Part shown: one piece after another, positions 13,044 through 24,328 of the stretch
Numbering within the stretch: position 1 is the first letter of the stretch
How the letters are laid out: every line of letters starts with the position of its first letter
Assembly: GCF_001194135.2 (NCBI RefSeq)
Contig: NC_068984.1
Location: 8,101,206 to 8,165,205 of the forward strand
Direction of reading: 5' to 3'
From: Octopus bimaculoides
Taxonomy: Eukaryota
Length of the DNA: 64,000 bases
Translations under genes and position numbers: made by a program
Notes under the pieces: generated by a model
Told to the model about the DNA's origin: nothing
The model's input: the letters and a program-made list of their open reading frames with translations, nothing else
Database searches by the model: none

Positions 13044-13200
13044 TTTTACAGAAAAACAAAAGACGAAGACAGGTGTATAAACAACAAACATGTGTATTAG
13101 TTTAACGCTCAGGAAAGTGAGAAAGTCTTTTACGTTTCGAGCCTATGCTCTTCAACAGAAACGAACATGAGGAAATAAACAGAGAGATATTAAAAAAAAA
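13040..13200 (-). mobile_element. Short PLE-terminus-type repeat with hammerhead-like motif, ending in (TA)n
   Basis: Homologous to 924-1100. (TA)n lies at ~13005-13039. Confidence 0.7.
13128..13161 (-). ncRNA. Minimal type-I hammerhead-like motif with variant core CUGUUGA
   Basis: TTT-CTGTTGA-A-GAGC(ATAG)GCTC-GAAA-CG-T-A-AAA: palindromic ACGT and GUA triplet. Confidence 0.55.
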
Positions 13201-14399
13201 ACTTTTGCAGCTAGTGATATGTCCGCCTCCTCTCTCTCTATTCGATGTAAAGCATGATTGGACAAATCAATCAGTCAGCCAGCCAACCAACCAATCAACC
13301 ATTATATCGGCTTTTGTTATATAGAGTTATACAAAGATACGAACAGCATTTCTCTTTATTTGAAAGCCTGCCTTAAAGATTCAACAAACTCTATTAATTG
13401 TTTCCCTGTCCGCCATGTTTCTTACTTTAGCAATGTTTCTGTTGTAATTTATAATCAATTAACTATATTCCTTTTGCAATATATAACTATGAGCTTTTTA
13501 CCATCATATTTTATTGAATTATTTTATTGAAATATACGCAGTTCTTTAGGTCAAATCCATTTCAAAAGGAAATAATTTAATAACATACAATTTTGTTATC
13601 AAATAATTAAATTATTTCTGGTATAAATTTTTACACATTTTACAATATTTATTATTATATATATTTAATTTATTTGATTTTCTTTGAAAATAAACCTATC
13701 GGGTAAAGGTATATCAATTATATTCCTAATTATTTAATCTCTATTCTTAATCATCTTCCCAATAAGTAGGATTCTTTTTCTATATTCCATGCTTAAATGA
13801 TTCAACTCAGAACCACATTTCTATTGAAAATAAGAGCGTTCGAGCTTTGTTTAATTACAACTTCTATGTGCTGGAAAATAGACATTTTCATCAAACTTTA
13901 CAATATTATTGAAGGAGCTGTTTAAGAACATTAATTAATTCACGGAAAAATTACATTTTATTAATAAAAATAAAAGAATAACTTTGTTTTCTTGGCAAGT
14001 ATCCCAGCAAATATTTGATAACACTTGAAGAGGTTAAAGATGAAAAGTTTCAATTACAAAATAGAATTTTTAATAAAGATTCCGCCATCCTACTTATCAT
14101 TAGCAAACGTTAGTAAATATTTTGTCATTTTTATTACACAGGCATCCCATCTGTAAAAGTCGATGGTACTCGATAATTTCACAATTGACGCTGATTCTTT
14201 ATAAGTAGGCTTCAATCAATTTCCCTGTTTGAAGAATTATTTCAATGTTTTCTCTTTCTTCAACAATGCACGTAATGATGTAAGATCAATGATCGATGAA
14301 GCGATCAATGATTATAGGACGTATAGGATATATAGCAATCATGGCGACTTTATGTGACCTCTTCTCACCATGCATAACTTAAACAATTTATACAGGATC

Positions 14400-15560
14400 T
14401 ACACTGCAAACTCAAAAAGGCATCTACTTCTTCCCATTTACCAGCTTGCCGCCACTTGGCCCTACATCTCTCCCTCTTCATCAGCCTTGACCTCCGTTGT
14501 CACATCATTCAACCAGGTTTTAGATTCCGCCTCTCCCATTCCAGCCTACTCCTTCCAATTTCCTTTTCACACATTAAATATAGCTCCACGACACATCCCA
14601 CAATGCATGTGCAACTAATAAGTTCCGTCATTCGTTCCATGTATACCAAACGATTCGTCCGAATGTGGCATTCAACATTCCCATTGTCCCAACTCTCTGT
14701 AATTCCGAACACGCTAAATCTATATTCTAGTGCATCTATCACACTTCGATTTCCTCACCAACACCAAAATGCGCCAACCGCACCAATTGGCTCATTGTCG
14801 TAAAATCACTGAAGCACTTATTACTATCCTCAACGCCGTTGTCACTTTACCAAGTGACTCATCTCTCTAAAATAATGTTCCCAATATCAAACTTATGTAG
14901 TTACCTCACTATAGCTACCTTAGCCATTTTATACACCACTAGAAGGCTTCCCTTCTATTGAGAGAACTGATCTTGCTACGCAAATGTGCAACTACTTTCA
15001 TTATCCTTCTGAACACTTCAAAATTTCGTACCTACAATCTGGAAAACCCCTTCACACTGTCTGCTTCAGTGAGGACTTCTTTTCAACATTAAAATACTGT
15101 GTTGATCGCGTTGTCACACTTTAACCTAACACTTCTATATTTCACGTCGATTACTTCCGTGCACCAAAATGCTGCTCCTTCTCGAGTGTTGTCTACCAAC
15201 AAGAGTGAGGAGTATCCACGGACATTAGTATGATCTTCAATTACGCCAATCTCTTCGTTGGTAATATTTAAGCTCAATTTTTTTGCAGTTTACTAAATGA
15301 AATCCTGTACCTTCATGACTGAACTGACCTCGCATTACATACCAGAGATCAACAAGCACGATAATTACCCTACAGCAGCAATATCAATCTCACGACTGTA
15401 TCATCTTCGTAAATTCTACTAAATACTTTCTTCTATGAACAACCCTAACATCGATTTACTACAAACCAATTGACTCTCATTTCTAGCTTGACTTTTCTTC
15501 CTTGCAACTCACGCACTTCTCACAATTCTTCCTTCTCAGTCGCTTATGTAATGAACAATT
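14400..15560 (-). mobile_element. Heavily decayed non-LTR retrotransposon (possible ORF1 end plus APE start)
   Basis: FSVFGITESW resembles the APE ITETW motif, and RGGI lies downstream. Upstream Cys-containing remnant CEKCVSC. Many stops. Confidence 0.4.
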
Positions 15561-15751
15561 GATGCATTTTTTTTTTTCATCTTATATGTTACAATTAATA
15601 TGTTACTAAATCTGCTCTCTATGCATACGACTCAATCTGCTTTATTCTTCATCAGTCGTAATCTATCAACCTCATGTGAGCACGCATTCCCCAAGGAAAA
15701 TACTTTAGCTTGATGACAATAAATAACGACTTTCGCTGTGTCTTGTCTATG

Positions 15752-16152
15752 TGGGGTAAGTAGCTTGCTTACTAACCACATGGTTCCGGATTCAGTCCCA
15801 CTGCGTGGCACCTTGGGCAGGTGTCTTCTACTATAGCCTCGGTCCGATGAAAGCCTTGTGAGTGGATTTGGTAGAAGGAAACTGAAAGAAGCCCATTGTA
15901 TATATGCATACATATACATATATATGTATGTGTATGCATATGTTTGTGTGTCTGTGTTTGTCCCCAACATCGCTTGACCACCGATGGTGGTGTGTTTACG
16001 TACCCGTAACCTAGCGGTTCGGCAAAAGAGACCGATAGAATAAGTACTAGGCTTACAAAGAATAAGTCTTGGGGTCGATTTGCTCGACTAAAGGCGGTGT
16101 TCCAGCATGGCCTCAGTCAAATGACTGAAACAAGTAAAAGAGTAAAAGAGTA
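15752..16152 (+). mobile_element. SINE family A, best-preserved copy (tRNA-like head, internal TA/TG microsatellite, CR1-like tail)
   Basis: B-box-like GGATTCAGTCCC, CACCTTGGGCAGGTGTCTT segment, and tail GGCGGTGTTCCAGCATGGCCTCAGTCAAATGACTGAAAC ending in (AGTAAAAG) repeats. Many related copies occur in the window. Confidence 0.9.
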
Positions 16153-16180
16153 AGGGAAGATGTGGTAGAAATAATGTAAC

Positions 16181-16413
16181 AAGGCAGCGAGCTGACAGAA
16201 ACGTTAGCGTGCCGGGCGAAATGCTTAGCGGTATTTCGTCTGCCGTTACATTCAGAGTTCAAATTCCGCCGAGGTTGGCTTTACCTTTCATCCTTTCGGG
16301 GTCGATAAATTAAGTACCAGTTACGCACTGGGGTCGATGTAATCGACTTAATCCCTTTGTCTGTCCTTGTTTGTCCTCTCTATGTTTAGCCCCTTGTGGG
16401 CAATAAAGAAATA
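16181..16413 (+). mobile_element. SINE family B, full-length, Tx1-like tail, with 15-bp TSD
   Basis: A-box-like GAGCTGACAGAA and B-box GAGTTCAAATTCC. Flanks AGAAATAATGTAACA (16167-16181) and AGAAACAATGTAACA (16414-16428) differ by one base. Confidence 0.92.
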
Positions 16414-17049
16414 AGAAACAATGTAACATTGATGTATAAAATTTTCGAATGAATACGAATAGAAAAAAACTTGTGAACACATATGGACACAGAAGTTCCA
16501 TTCTCAATGAATGGCGGATTAAATAGACAATTTTCCGAAAAATAATAGCATGTATTATATCTCTTTAAATTTAATTGCCCGACTCAGTCCTTTGGCAATG
16601 ATTATCCAAATAACTGATCCGGAACCATATTTCCTATCTAGTATGTAGGTAATGGAATGATATATAAATGCACGCTGACAAACCCTGGACTGCGTGCATA
16701 GTTTTCCTTAAAACATAACTGAGACTTTAGATAGTGCGCATTTGTTACAGTGTTCATTTTTGGTATAAACTTTTAAGGCAAATTATTGATGGAAGGTTTT
16801 GATCGCTGCATTTTGATGAGAAAACACTTGATATAACTTTACATCGTAAACTTGATGAGCAGCGGTGTGTCATCACTAGCTACACTACATAAAAAAGTCG
16901 CTTGATGAGTGATTTAATGATCCAGAAGGGTTTCACGTTCGTCAATAAGTATCAACGAAGCTATACATTGCTACCTTTTTATATATCCGGTTATAAATCT
17001 TTTTTTTATGTTAAGTATAATAAATACATTGCACCATTGCAATATTAGT

Positions 17050-17219
17050 TTCAAAGTTTGGCAAAAGGCCAGAAATTTCGGAGTATTTATTTATCGACCC
17101 CGAAAGGATGAAAGGCAAAGTCGATCTTGGTGGAATTTGAACTTGGATCTCAAAGCCTAACGAAATGCCGCTAAGAATTTTGCCCGGCGCTCCAACGCTC
17201 CTGCCAGCTCACTGCCTTA
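17050..17219 (-). mobile_element. SINE family B, older diverged copy
   Basis: Reverse complement matches the family-B head and body with many substitutions. Confidence 0.85.
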
Positions 17220-17223
17220 TACC

Positions 17224-17457
17224 TATTTCGTTATTGCCCACAAGGGGCTAAACATAGAGGGAACAAACAAGAACAGACGAAAAGGATTAAGTCGATTACA
17301 TCGACCCCAGTGCGTAACTGCTACTTAATTTATCGACCCCGAAAGGATGAAAGGCAAAGTCGACCTCGGCGGAATTTGAACTCAGAACGTAACGGCAGAC
17401 GAAATACCGCTAAGCATTTCGCCCGGCGTGCTAACGATTCTGTCAGCTCGCCGCCTT
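17224..17457 (-). mobile_element. SINE family B, full-length young copy with perfect 15-bp TSD
   Basis: TCACTGCCTTATACC occurs at 17209-17223 and 17458-17472. The copy is highly similar to 16181-16413. Confidence 0.93.
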
Positions 17458-18355
17458 TCACTGCCTTATACCATTGACATATAAGGAGCTGAACCTCAGA
17501 CTGCTTGCCTTTGTAACAGCCATGTCAGGTTGTCTTTCGCATTAGACACATCTTCGCTGAGGGGAACATAAAACTTACAGCATGGAACACGACCAGCCTG
17601 TGGAAGAATGAACAGAGCGTTAGTGTATTCCCAAACATAACACAATATCTATCCGGTAATAAAATTCGGAGATAGATTGCTAACAAGCAATAAACGTTAA
17701 ATAGTCATTGAAATTAATATTTGTTTAAATACAATTAGATGGTTGAAAGGTTTATTTAAGAAGGAAAGAAAGATAAAAGAAAACAATACAATATCGATTG
17801 TTATTTTTTTCAAAAATTAAATATATTTTTTTTTATTGTTAATTCAATTATATCTTTTATAGTAGTCTCACGTGAACCGAAAATAAATGTTTATACAGGG
17901 TGTTATATCTTGAAAGAATAATCTTCTCTGTTTTCACTGTAACTATACATTCTTAAGAACATCGCTAACTACGGATGTACGCGCACACACAAAACCGTGT
18001 TTGCGTGTTTGTGTGTAAATCTATAAAGGAATAAAATGCTTATGAAATGTTACTTTTTGTTGTAACGTTTTGACAATATTTTACACAATAGTGTAACATT
18101 TATGAAATAAGAAGGCGCAGTTATCTGCACACAGTTGAAGCAACAAGTGAGTATACATACACACATACATACACATATACACACATTTATATATGTGTGT
18201 ATGTGTATGAATATTAATATATATATATATATATATATATATANNNNNNNNNNNNNNNNNNNNNNNNNNNNNNNNNNNNNNNNNNNNNNNNNNNNNNNNN
18301 NNNNNNNNNNNNNNATATATGTACTATATGGATGTATATGTTTAAATACATGTGT

Positions 18356-18424
<69 letters not shown>

Positions 18425-18842
18425 TGGGGAAAAGAGAAAGACGAAATTAGATTTTATATAAAGATCGATTAGGTAGGTAGAAAGATAAATAGACGAATGG
18501 CGAAATAGAATTGATATCGACAAACATAATTATAATCGATTTTAAATATTTATTACAAGAGATCACTATTATTGATATGAATACAATTATTATGGATAAA
18601 TAGCTGTAAATAATATCCATATTGATAAAATTATTTACCGTGTGACAATGGCGTATAGACAACAAGACATAACAAGACGTATATAGAAGTATTAGCGAAA
18701 CGAAAAGAAAAACTATACGCAAATAGATGTAAGCAAGTTCTTTTATTCTCTTAATGATTCCAGTAATTGCAGAGCAGCTATCCTAGAGCAAATTCTTCAG
18801 TAGTTTTAGTCGATTATATCGAATCTAATTCTTGTTTTACAG

Positions 18843-18890
18843 AAGTGGTAAATGCCAAAGGGCAATATGTACGTCGGTGGGAAATGTGAG
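18843..18890 (+). CDS. Candidate 48-nt host exon, product unknown
   Basis: Branch-like ctaat, acceptor tcttgttttacag and donor GAG|gtaaat. Reading frame unresolved. Confidence 0.25.
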
Positions 18891-19216
18891 GTAAATAGCG
18901 GTGAAATACCGCAAAATATTGACAAAGCGATTTTGGTCATGTTCTACATTACACGCCGATGTATGTGTGTGACTGTGTATGTGTATGTGTGTGTGTGTGT
19001 GTGTAGTAAAACACCCTCATGTATATACACTACTCAAACAAGCTCGCATTAACTGCAACACAAAAGCGTTTGCACGCGCACACACATGCATGTACGTACA
19101 CACCTGATAACCTCATACACTCGTGCTACACGCAGTCTCTCACACATATACACACGTCCATACACACTCACGTACACAAATGCATGGTGGTGGTGGTGGT
19201 GATGATGATGATGATA

Positions 19217-19270
<54 letters not shown>

Positions 19271-19282
19271 GTGATTATCATT

Positions 19283-20215
19283 ATGATTTCATTTATTTGC
19301 CACAAGGGCGAAGAATGAGGGGGAACAATACAGGGACAGACATAAAGTGTGGGTGTTTACATATAATAATGAAATGATAAAAAGAAAAGTATACACGGTA
19401 TACAGTGGAAAAAAGACATATGCACAGCATACAAGGGTAAAAAAAAGGGGGGAAGATGATAGAGATGTGACCCTCGTGATACAGGAACACCTCTAAGGAC
19501 AATCGAGGAACCCCACTGTCTGAGATTTCCCTGAAACCCCTGGAGCAAGTGCACTCTCCAATTCCTTCTCTCCGACTCACAGGTCTACTGTTAGTGAGCT
19601 ACCATCCACTCCTGCCATTTTCGCAACTTTCAGTACACTCACTCGTAGACAGCACTTCCCTCTTCACTCTCAATTTCCCTTTCAAGTGAAACCTAATGAA
19701 ATCACTGACAGCTTTACCAAAAAGGAATGTATCTGTACTCATGCCTTTCAGCCTTGTCCACCAAACAACGTCTTTTGCCACAGCCACCAGGCAAAGGAAA
19801 ACTGCCTTGCCTGCCCGATTGAAGGAGGGCGGCGGTGCAATCATCACTGAAGACCTGGCCGACAGGTGAATCTGTCCCATACGTGAAAGCAGTTATTTAA
19901 CATAACATCACATGTCAGCAATGCCCGGACACTGAACGAGGGCGTGCAGAACGGTTTCGTCACCTCTGCACGCATCTCAGACAAGTCTGTCTGACAGCAC
20001 ATCCGTGTCTGTAGAGCCACGGTAGCGACCCACTTCTCGGTAGCACTGCAAGGCCAAGGACATCTGGAAATTAGCCATGATAGTCTCCGACGGAAAATCC
20101 TCCGGAACAGATTAGCCAGTTCGTTCTCTTCGGCACCCAGAGTCTCAATACTATCAAATTTTGGCTCAAAGCAAGCAATTTTAGTGCGGGAGGACAAGTT
20201 GATTACATTGACCAC
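19283..20215 (-). mobile_element. Tx1/L1-clade LINE, 5'-truncated 3' end (ORF2 C-terminus with CCHC finger and 3' UTR)
   Basis: CLRCVQ.DETVLHALVQC (one frameshift) and KAVFLCLVAVAKDVVWWTRLKG..FIRFHLKGKLRV. The 3' UTR ends in GCCCTTGTGGCAAATAAA followed by an (AAT)n/(CAT)n array. Confidence 0.85.
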
Positions 20216-20332
20216 ATTACATGATTAGTGCCTTATTTTATCAAACCCAAGGGAATAAAAAGCAAAACTGACCACTACGTGATTTGGTTCAGAACGCACT
20301 ACAGATTTTGTCAGCTCCTTGTCTCAATAATA

Positions 20333-20413
20333 ATGATGATGATGATGATGAAGATGATGATGAAGATGATGATGATGATGATGATTATGATGATGATGAT
20401 GATGATTATGATG

Positions 20414-20457
<44 letters not shown>

Positions 20458-20512
20458 TGTGGTGGTGGTGGTGGTGGTGGTGGTGGTTGTGGTGGTGGTG
20501 ATGATGATGATA
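20333..20512. repeat. Compound trinucleotide microsatellite (GAT)n-(GGT)n-(GAT)n
   Basis: Seen directly. Confidence 0.98.
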
Positions 20513-20740
20513 ATAAGCAACGTTCTAATTAATGATGATGTATTGCCTGCAGCTGTGATAACAATTAATCCGTATTTTCGCTGATTATTCTATGAAAAAC
20601 AAGCTTGGAAATACAAAATTCACCATGGTGATTTTCTTGCAACATAGACGGTCGTTTTATGAAAGTACGACGTAGCAAGTGGTAGTTGTCTTCCAGTCCC
20701 GAATTCTTTATAATTGTCTCTTTTTTATATATATATATAT

Positions 20741-20942
20741 TTATTCATTCATTCTTCGAGCAACATCTGCAAATGTTTCTGTTGCGTCTTTAGCCAGGAA
20801 TCTCTCTGCTGGAAAACAGGAAATGCGAGAGGATGGTATAATTGCATTGGAACCTATTTCGATTCGCATTTGAAGCGTTCCACTGTTTGGAGAATTAGGA
20901 ATCATACTGCGGTCTTCAGAATTATGATGAAAATATTCCAGC
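20741..20942 (-). CDS. Candidate terminal coding exon of an unidentified host gene (66 aa plus stop)
   Basis: Strong acceptor (T-run + ccttctctgcag), then G + LEYFHHNSEDRSMIPNSPNSGTLQMRIEIGSNAIIPSSRISCFPAERFLAKDATETFADVARRMNE*. About a quarter of third positions are G/C. No repeat similarity seen. Confidence 0.5.
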
Positions 20943-21296
20943 CTGCAGAGAAGGAAAAAAAAATCTATAACTGAAAAACGCAATATTTGAACGTTGTTAG
21001 TTTATTATAAATAGAAGCTAAATAATATTTGAAACCTCGCCTGGATGAACTTTATATTGAAATGCGGGATATATTTTCGAAACAGATGCTGTGCAGCTGT
21101 TATTTTGCAAAAATACAATCGCATATGAACGTAGATAGACATACATACACACACACATACATATATGCATAAATACATACATATATACACACATATATAC
21201 ATACATACATACACACACATACATATGCATACATAAATACATATATAAATACATACATACATACAAACACTCACACGCACAAGTGCGTGCATATAC

Positions 21297-21327
<31 letters not shown>

Positions 21328-21340
21328 TACTCAAAACATT

Positions 21341-21446
<106 letters not shown>

Positions 21447-22008
21447 GATAAATACATATAATACATGGTTATATATGCGTATGTATATGTATATATATAG
21501 TGTTAATCAGTGTGCAATATATATGGCTCTATATTTGTACACACACTCAAGCACGTAACACATATAATTTTCCCTACGCTTCAATGAAATCGTTCGTATG
21601 ATACGATCAATATTTGCCGTCTCATACTTTGAACTTTTATCTTAAAAACTGATAAGAGATTGCATATATTTCATAAAGTAGACACATACGAGTGAACGAC
21701 AAAGACTTTACTTGTTGGTCTGTCGTGGCTGGATTGGATGACGTCTGCATTAGTTTGTTATTTTACTGATTTAATAAAGCACATATCCAGTAATGTATTC
21801 ATGTGTACTCTATGTCTAAGACGTGATGGTATGGCCATGGCCGGAACAACTTTGGTTATTAATGATACGATCGTGAATGGCGACGATAAGTCATTGAAAA
21901 ATCTAGCTCATTGACTGGTTGACTTTAGGATTAACCAATCGATTATTAATTGGTTAAATGTTAACGTATTGACTAATAATGACAATAATGATGATGATGA
22001 TGATAACG

Positions 22009-22009
<1 letters not shown>

Positions 22010-22077
<68 letters not shown>

Positions 22078-22095
22078 GTAATAATAATAATAATA
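22010..22095. repeat. (AAT)n array on the left flank of the R4/Dong element
   Basis: Seen directly. Confidence 0.98.
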
Positions 22096-22104
22096 GTAAT
22101 AGTT

Positions 22105-23472
22105 TACTTTACCCACTTATTTTCAGTTTCATTCGTTTTCAATTTCTTGTATAGTGCTCTATCTTTGCAATCTTTCATTCTACATTAGCCTGACCTTTCT
22201 ACTTCTAACATCAGCGGTTCTGTGGCATTTTTTACATACCATGCTATGTTGTTTTCTTCTGCTCTAATGCTGTGTTCGCACCCAATAAGTCCTCTCCCCA
22301 CTCTTTTTTCTTGTTACATACAGTCTGTCTGTGACACATTTTGGGTGGAGTGACCCATATCTAGTTAGCAACTTCCTTGTCTTTCTGTGCAAGCTGTTTA
22401 GTTCGTCTACTGTCCATGCGATTACCCCGGCTCCATATCTAAGGAGTGAAACCGCCCAGGTGTTGATAGCTTCGATCTTGTTCCGTCCATTTAATTTCGA
22501 TTTAAAGATCAGTCTCAGTTTGCGTAAGTACTCAACCTTAAATTTGTCTGTCATTTCTTTCTCCATCAATTTATCCATTTCCAATATCTCCAAGTACTTA
22601 TAGCCAGTCTCTTCTATCTGCTTCATAACCTCCCCCGACGGTATCGTTAGCCCGTCCATACATTGAATTTTGCCTTTCTTCAATACTAACATACCACACC
22701 TTCTCAATCCGAACTACATTCTGATATCAGCACTGAAGGTATACACCGTATCAACGAGAGAACAGACCTGGACTTCATCTTTACGATAAAGTTTGAGGTC
22801 ATCCATGAATAACAAATAGTTGACTTATTGTTGGCGGCTTTTGAATACATACCCAGTTTTTCCTTTCCTCAGAATCAGTGTCAGTGGTATCAAGCACAGT
22901 ACAAAGATCAGTGGGGACAAGCAGTCCCCTTGGAAGATGCCCATCCTAATTTCTACTGTCCCTAAACTTCTTCCGTATGCTGTCAGGTCCGTCCTCCAAT
23001 TCGCCATACTTTTTCCAAGCAATCGCTCAAAATTCAATGCAATCCCAAACAGGTTCTTACACCCCATAATCCAAGAATATGGGATCATATCGTTCGCCTT
23101 ACGATAGTCGATCCATGACATGGCTAAGTTACTTTACCTCCTCTTGCAGCATCTAAGTACAGATTTGTCTATCAGGAGTTGATCTTAGGTACTTCTACAC
23201 TTACGCTCGCAACCCTTCTGCTCATGTGGCACGACTCCATTTTTTCTATATGTTCGTACATTGACTCTGCGAGTATTCCATTCAATAACTTCCACATAAG
23301 TGGTAAACAGGATATCGGCCTGTAATTATCTACCATATTGCCTTTTTCGATGGTTTTCAGGAACAGTGCTGTTCTATGCAATGTTAACCACTCTGGTGTT
23401 GCTTGGTCGGCATTTAACATGGTGTTGAGCTGCACAGCTATTCGTGCATGACATTCACCAAATCTTTTGATC
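22105..23472 (-). mobile_element. R4/Dong-type non-LTR retrotransposon, inverted RT segment
   Basis: NYRPISCLPLMWKLL, WIDYRKA.D..P.SW, GIFQGDCLSPLIF, FMDDLKLY, YKYLEILE, GRNKIEAINTWAV, RLYVTRK..GE, IAWYVKNATEP..ENKWVK. Scattered stops. Confidence 0.93.
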
Positions 23473-24266
23473 AATTTCATCGGGATGTTGAAGATAAGAC
23501 TGACAGAGAAAAAAGATGGCTGTGGATGACTAAAAGTGATTTCAAACCGAAAACAGAGGCTCTAATATGTGCTGCCTAAGAGCAAGCACTAAGAACAAAT
23601 TACATAAAATACAGAATAGACAACACAGCAGAAAGTGATAAGTGCAGAATATGTGGACAAAACGGTGAAACCGTATGGCATACTACCAGCCAATATACGT
23701 CACCAGCCCAGAAGGAAGATAAGAGACGCCGCGGCAATATAGCCAGGCTTGTCCATTGGACACTCTGCAACAAGTATGGACTTGACAGAGCAAAAAATTG
23801 GTACGACAACAAACCTGAAACCATCGTCGAAAATAGAAATGCAAAGATCCTATGGGATTTTATGATTCAGTGTGACCATGAGATAGAGAATAGGAAGCCA
23901 GACATAGTCTTAATTGAGAAAGAAAACAAACTATGCTGGATCATAGATATAGCATGCCCAGCTGACAACAAGGTAAGCGATAAGGAAGAAAGAAAAGTCG
24001 AGGGATATGACAGGTTAGCTTGAGAAGTTAACCAGTTGTGGTCGATGAAAAAGGTGGTAGTAGTACCAATAATTGTCGGAGCCCTGAGAACAGTGAGCAA
24101 AAATCTCGAGAAGTACATAGGGGCTGGAATATGGGTGGAGCACTTGCAGAGAACAGCACTGCTTGGAACCGCTCGAATACTCCGGAAAGTGCTCGAAAAT
24201 ACTGTTCACTGGTAGTGAACAGCTGACACTGTAGTACATCTCCAGTGTTAGAAGCTGTGCAAAGGC

Positions 24267-24326
<60 letters not shown>
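23473..24326 (+). mobile_element. R4/Dong-type element, sense-orientation 3' segment (zinc finger, restriction-like endonuclease, 3' UTR, (AAT)n tail)
   Basis: QFHRD..WLWMTKSD..ETEAL-like, EQALRTN, CRICGQNGETVWH, ILWDFMIQCDHEIENRKPDIVL, IIDIACP, VVVPIIVGAL, LQRTALLGTARILRKVLE. (AAT)n at 24268-24323. Confidence 0.95.
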
Positions 24327-24328
<2 letters not shown>

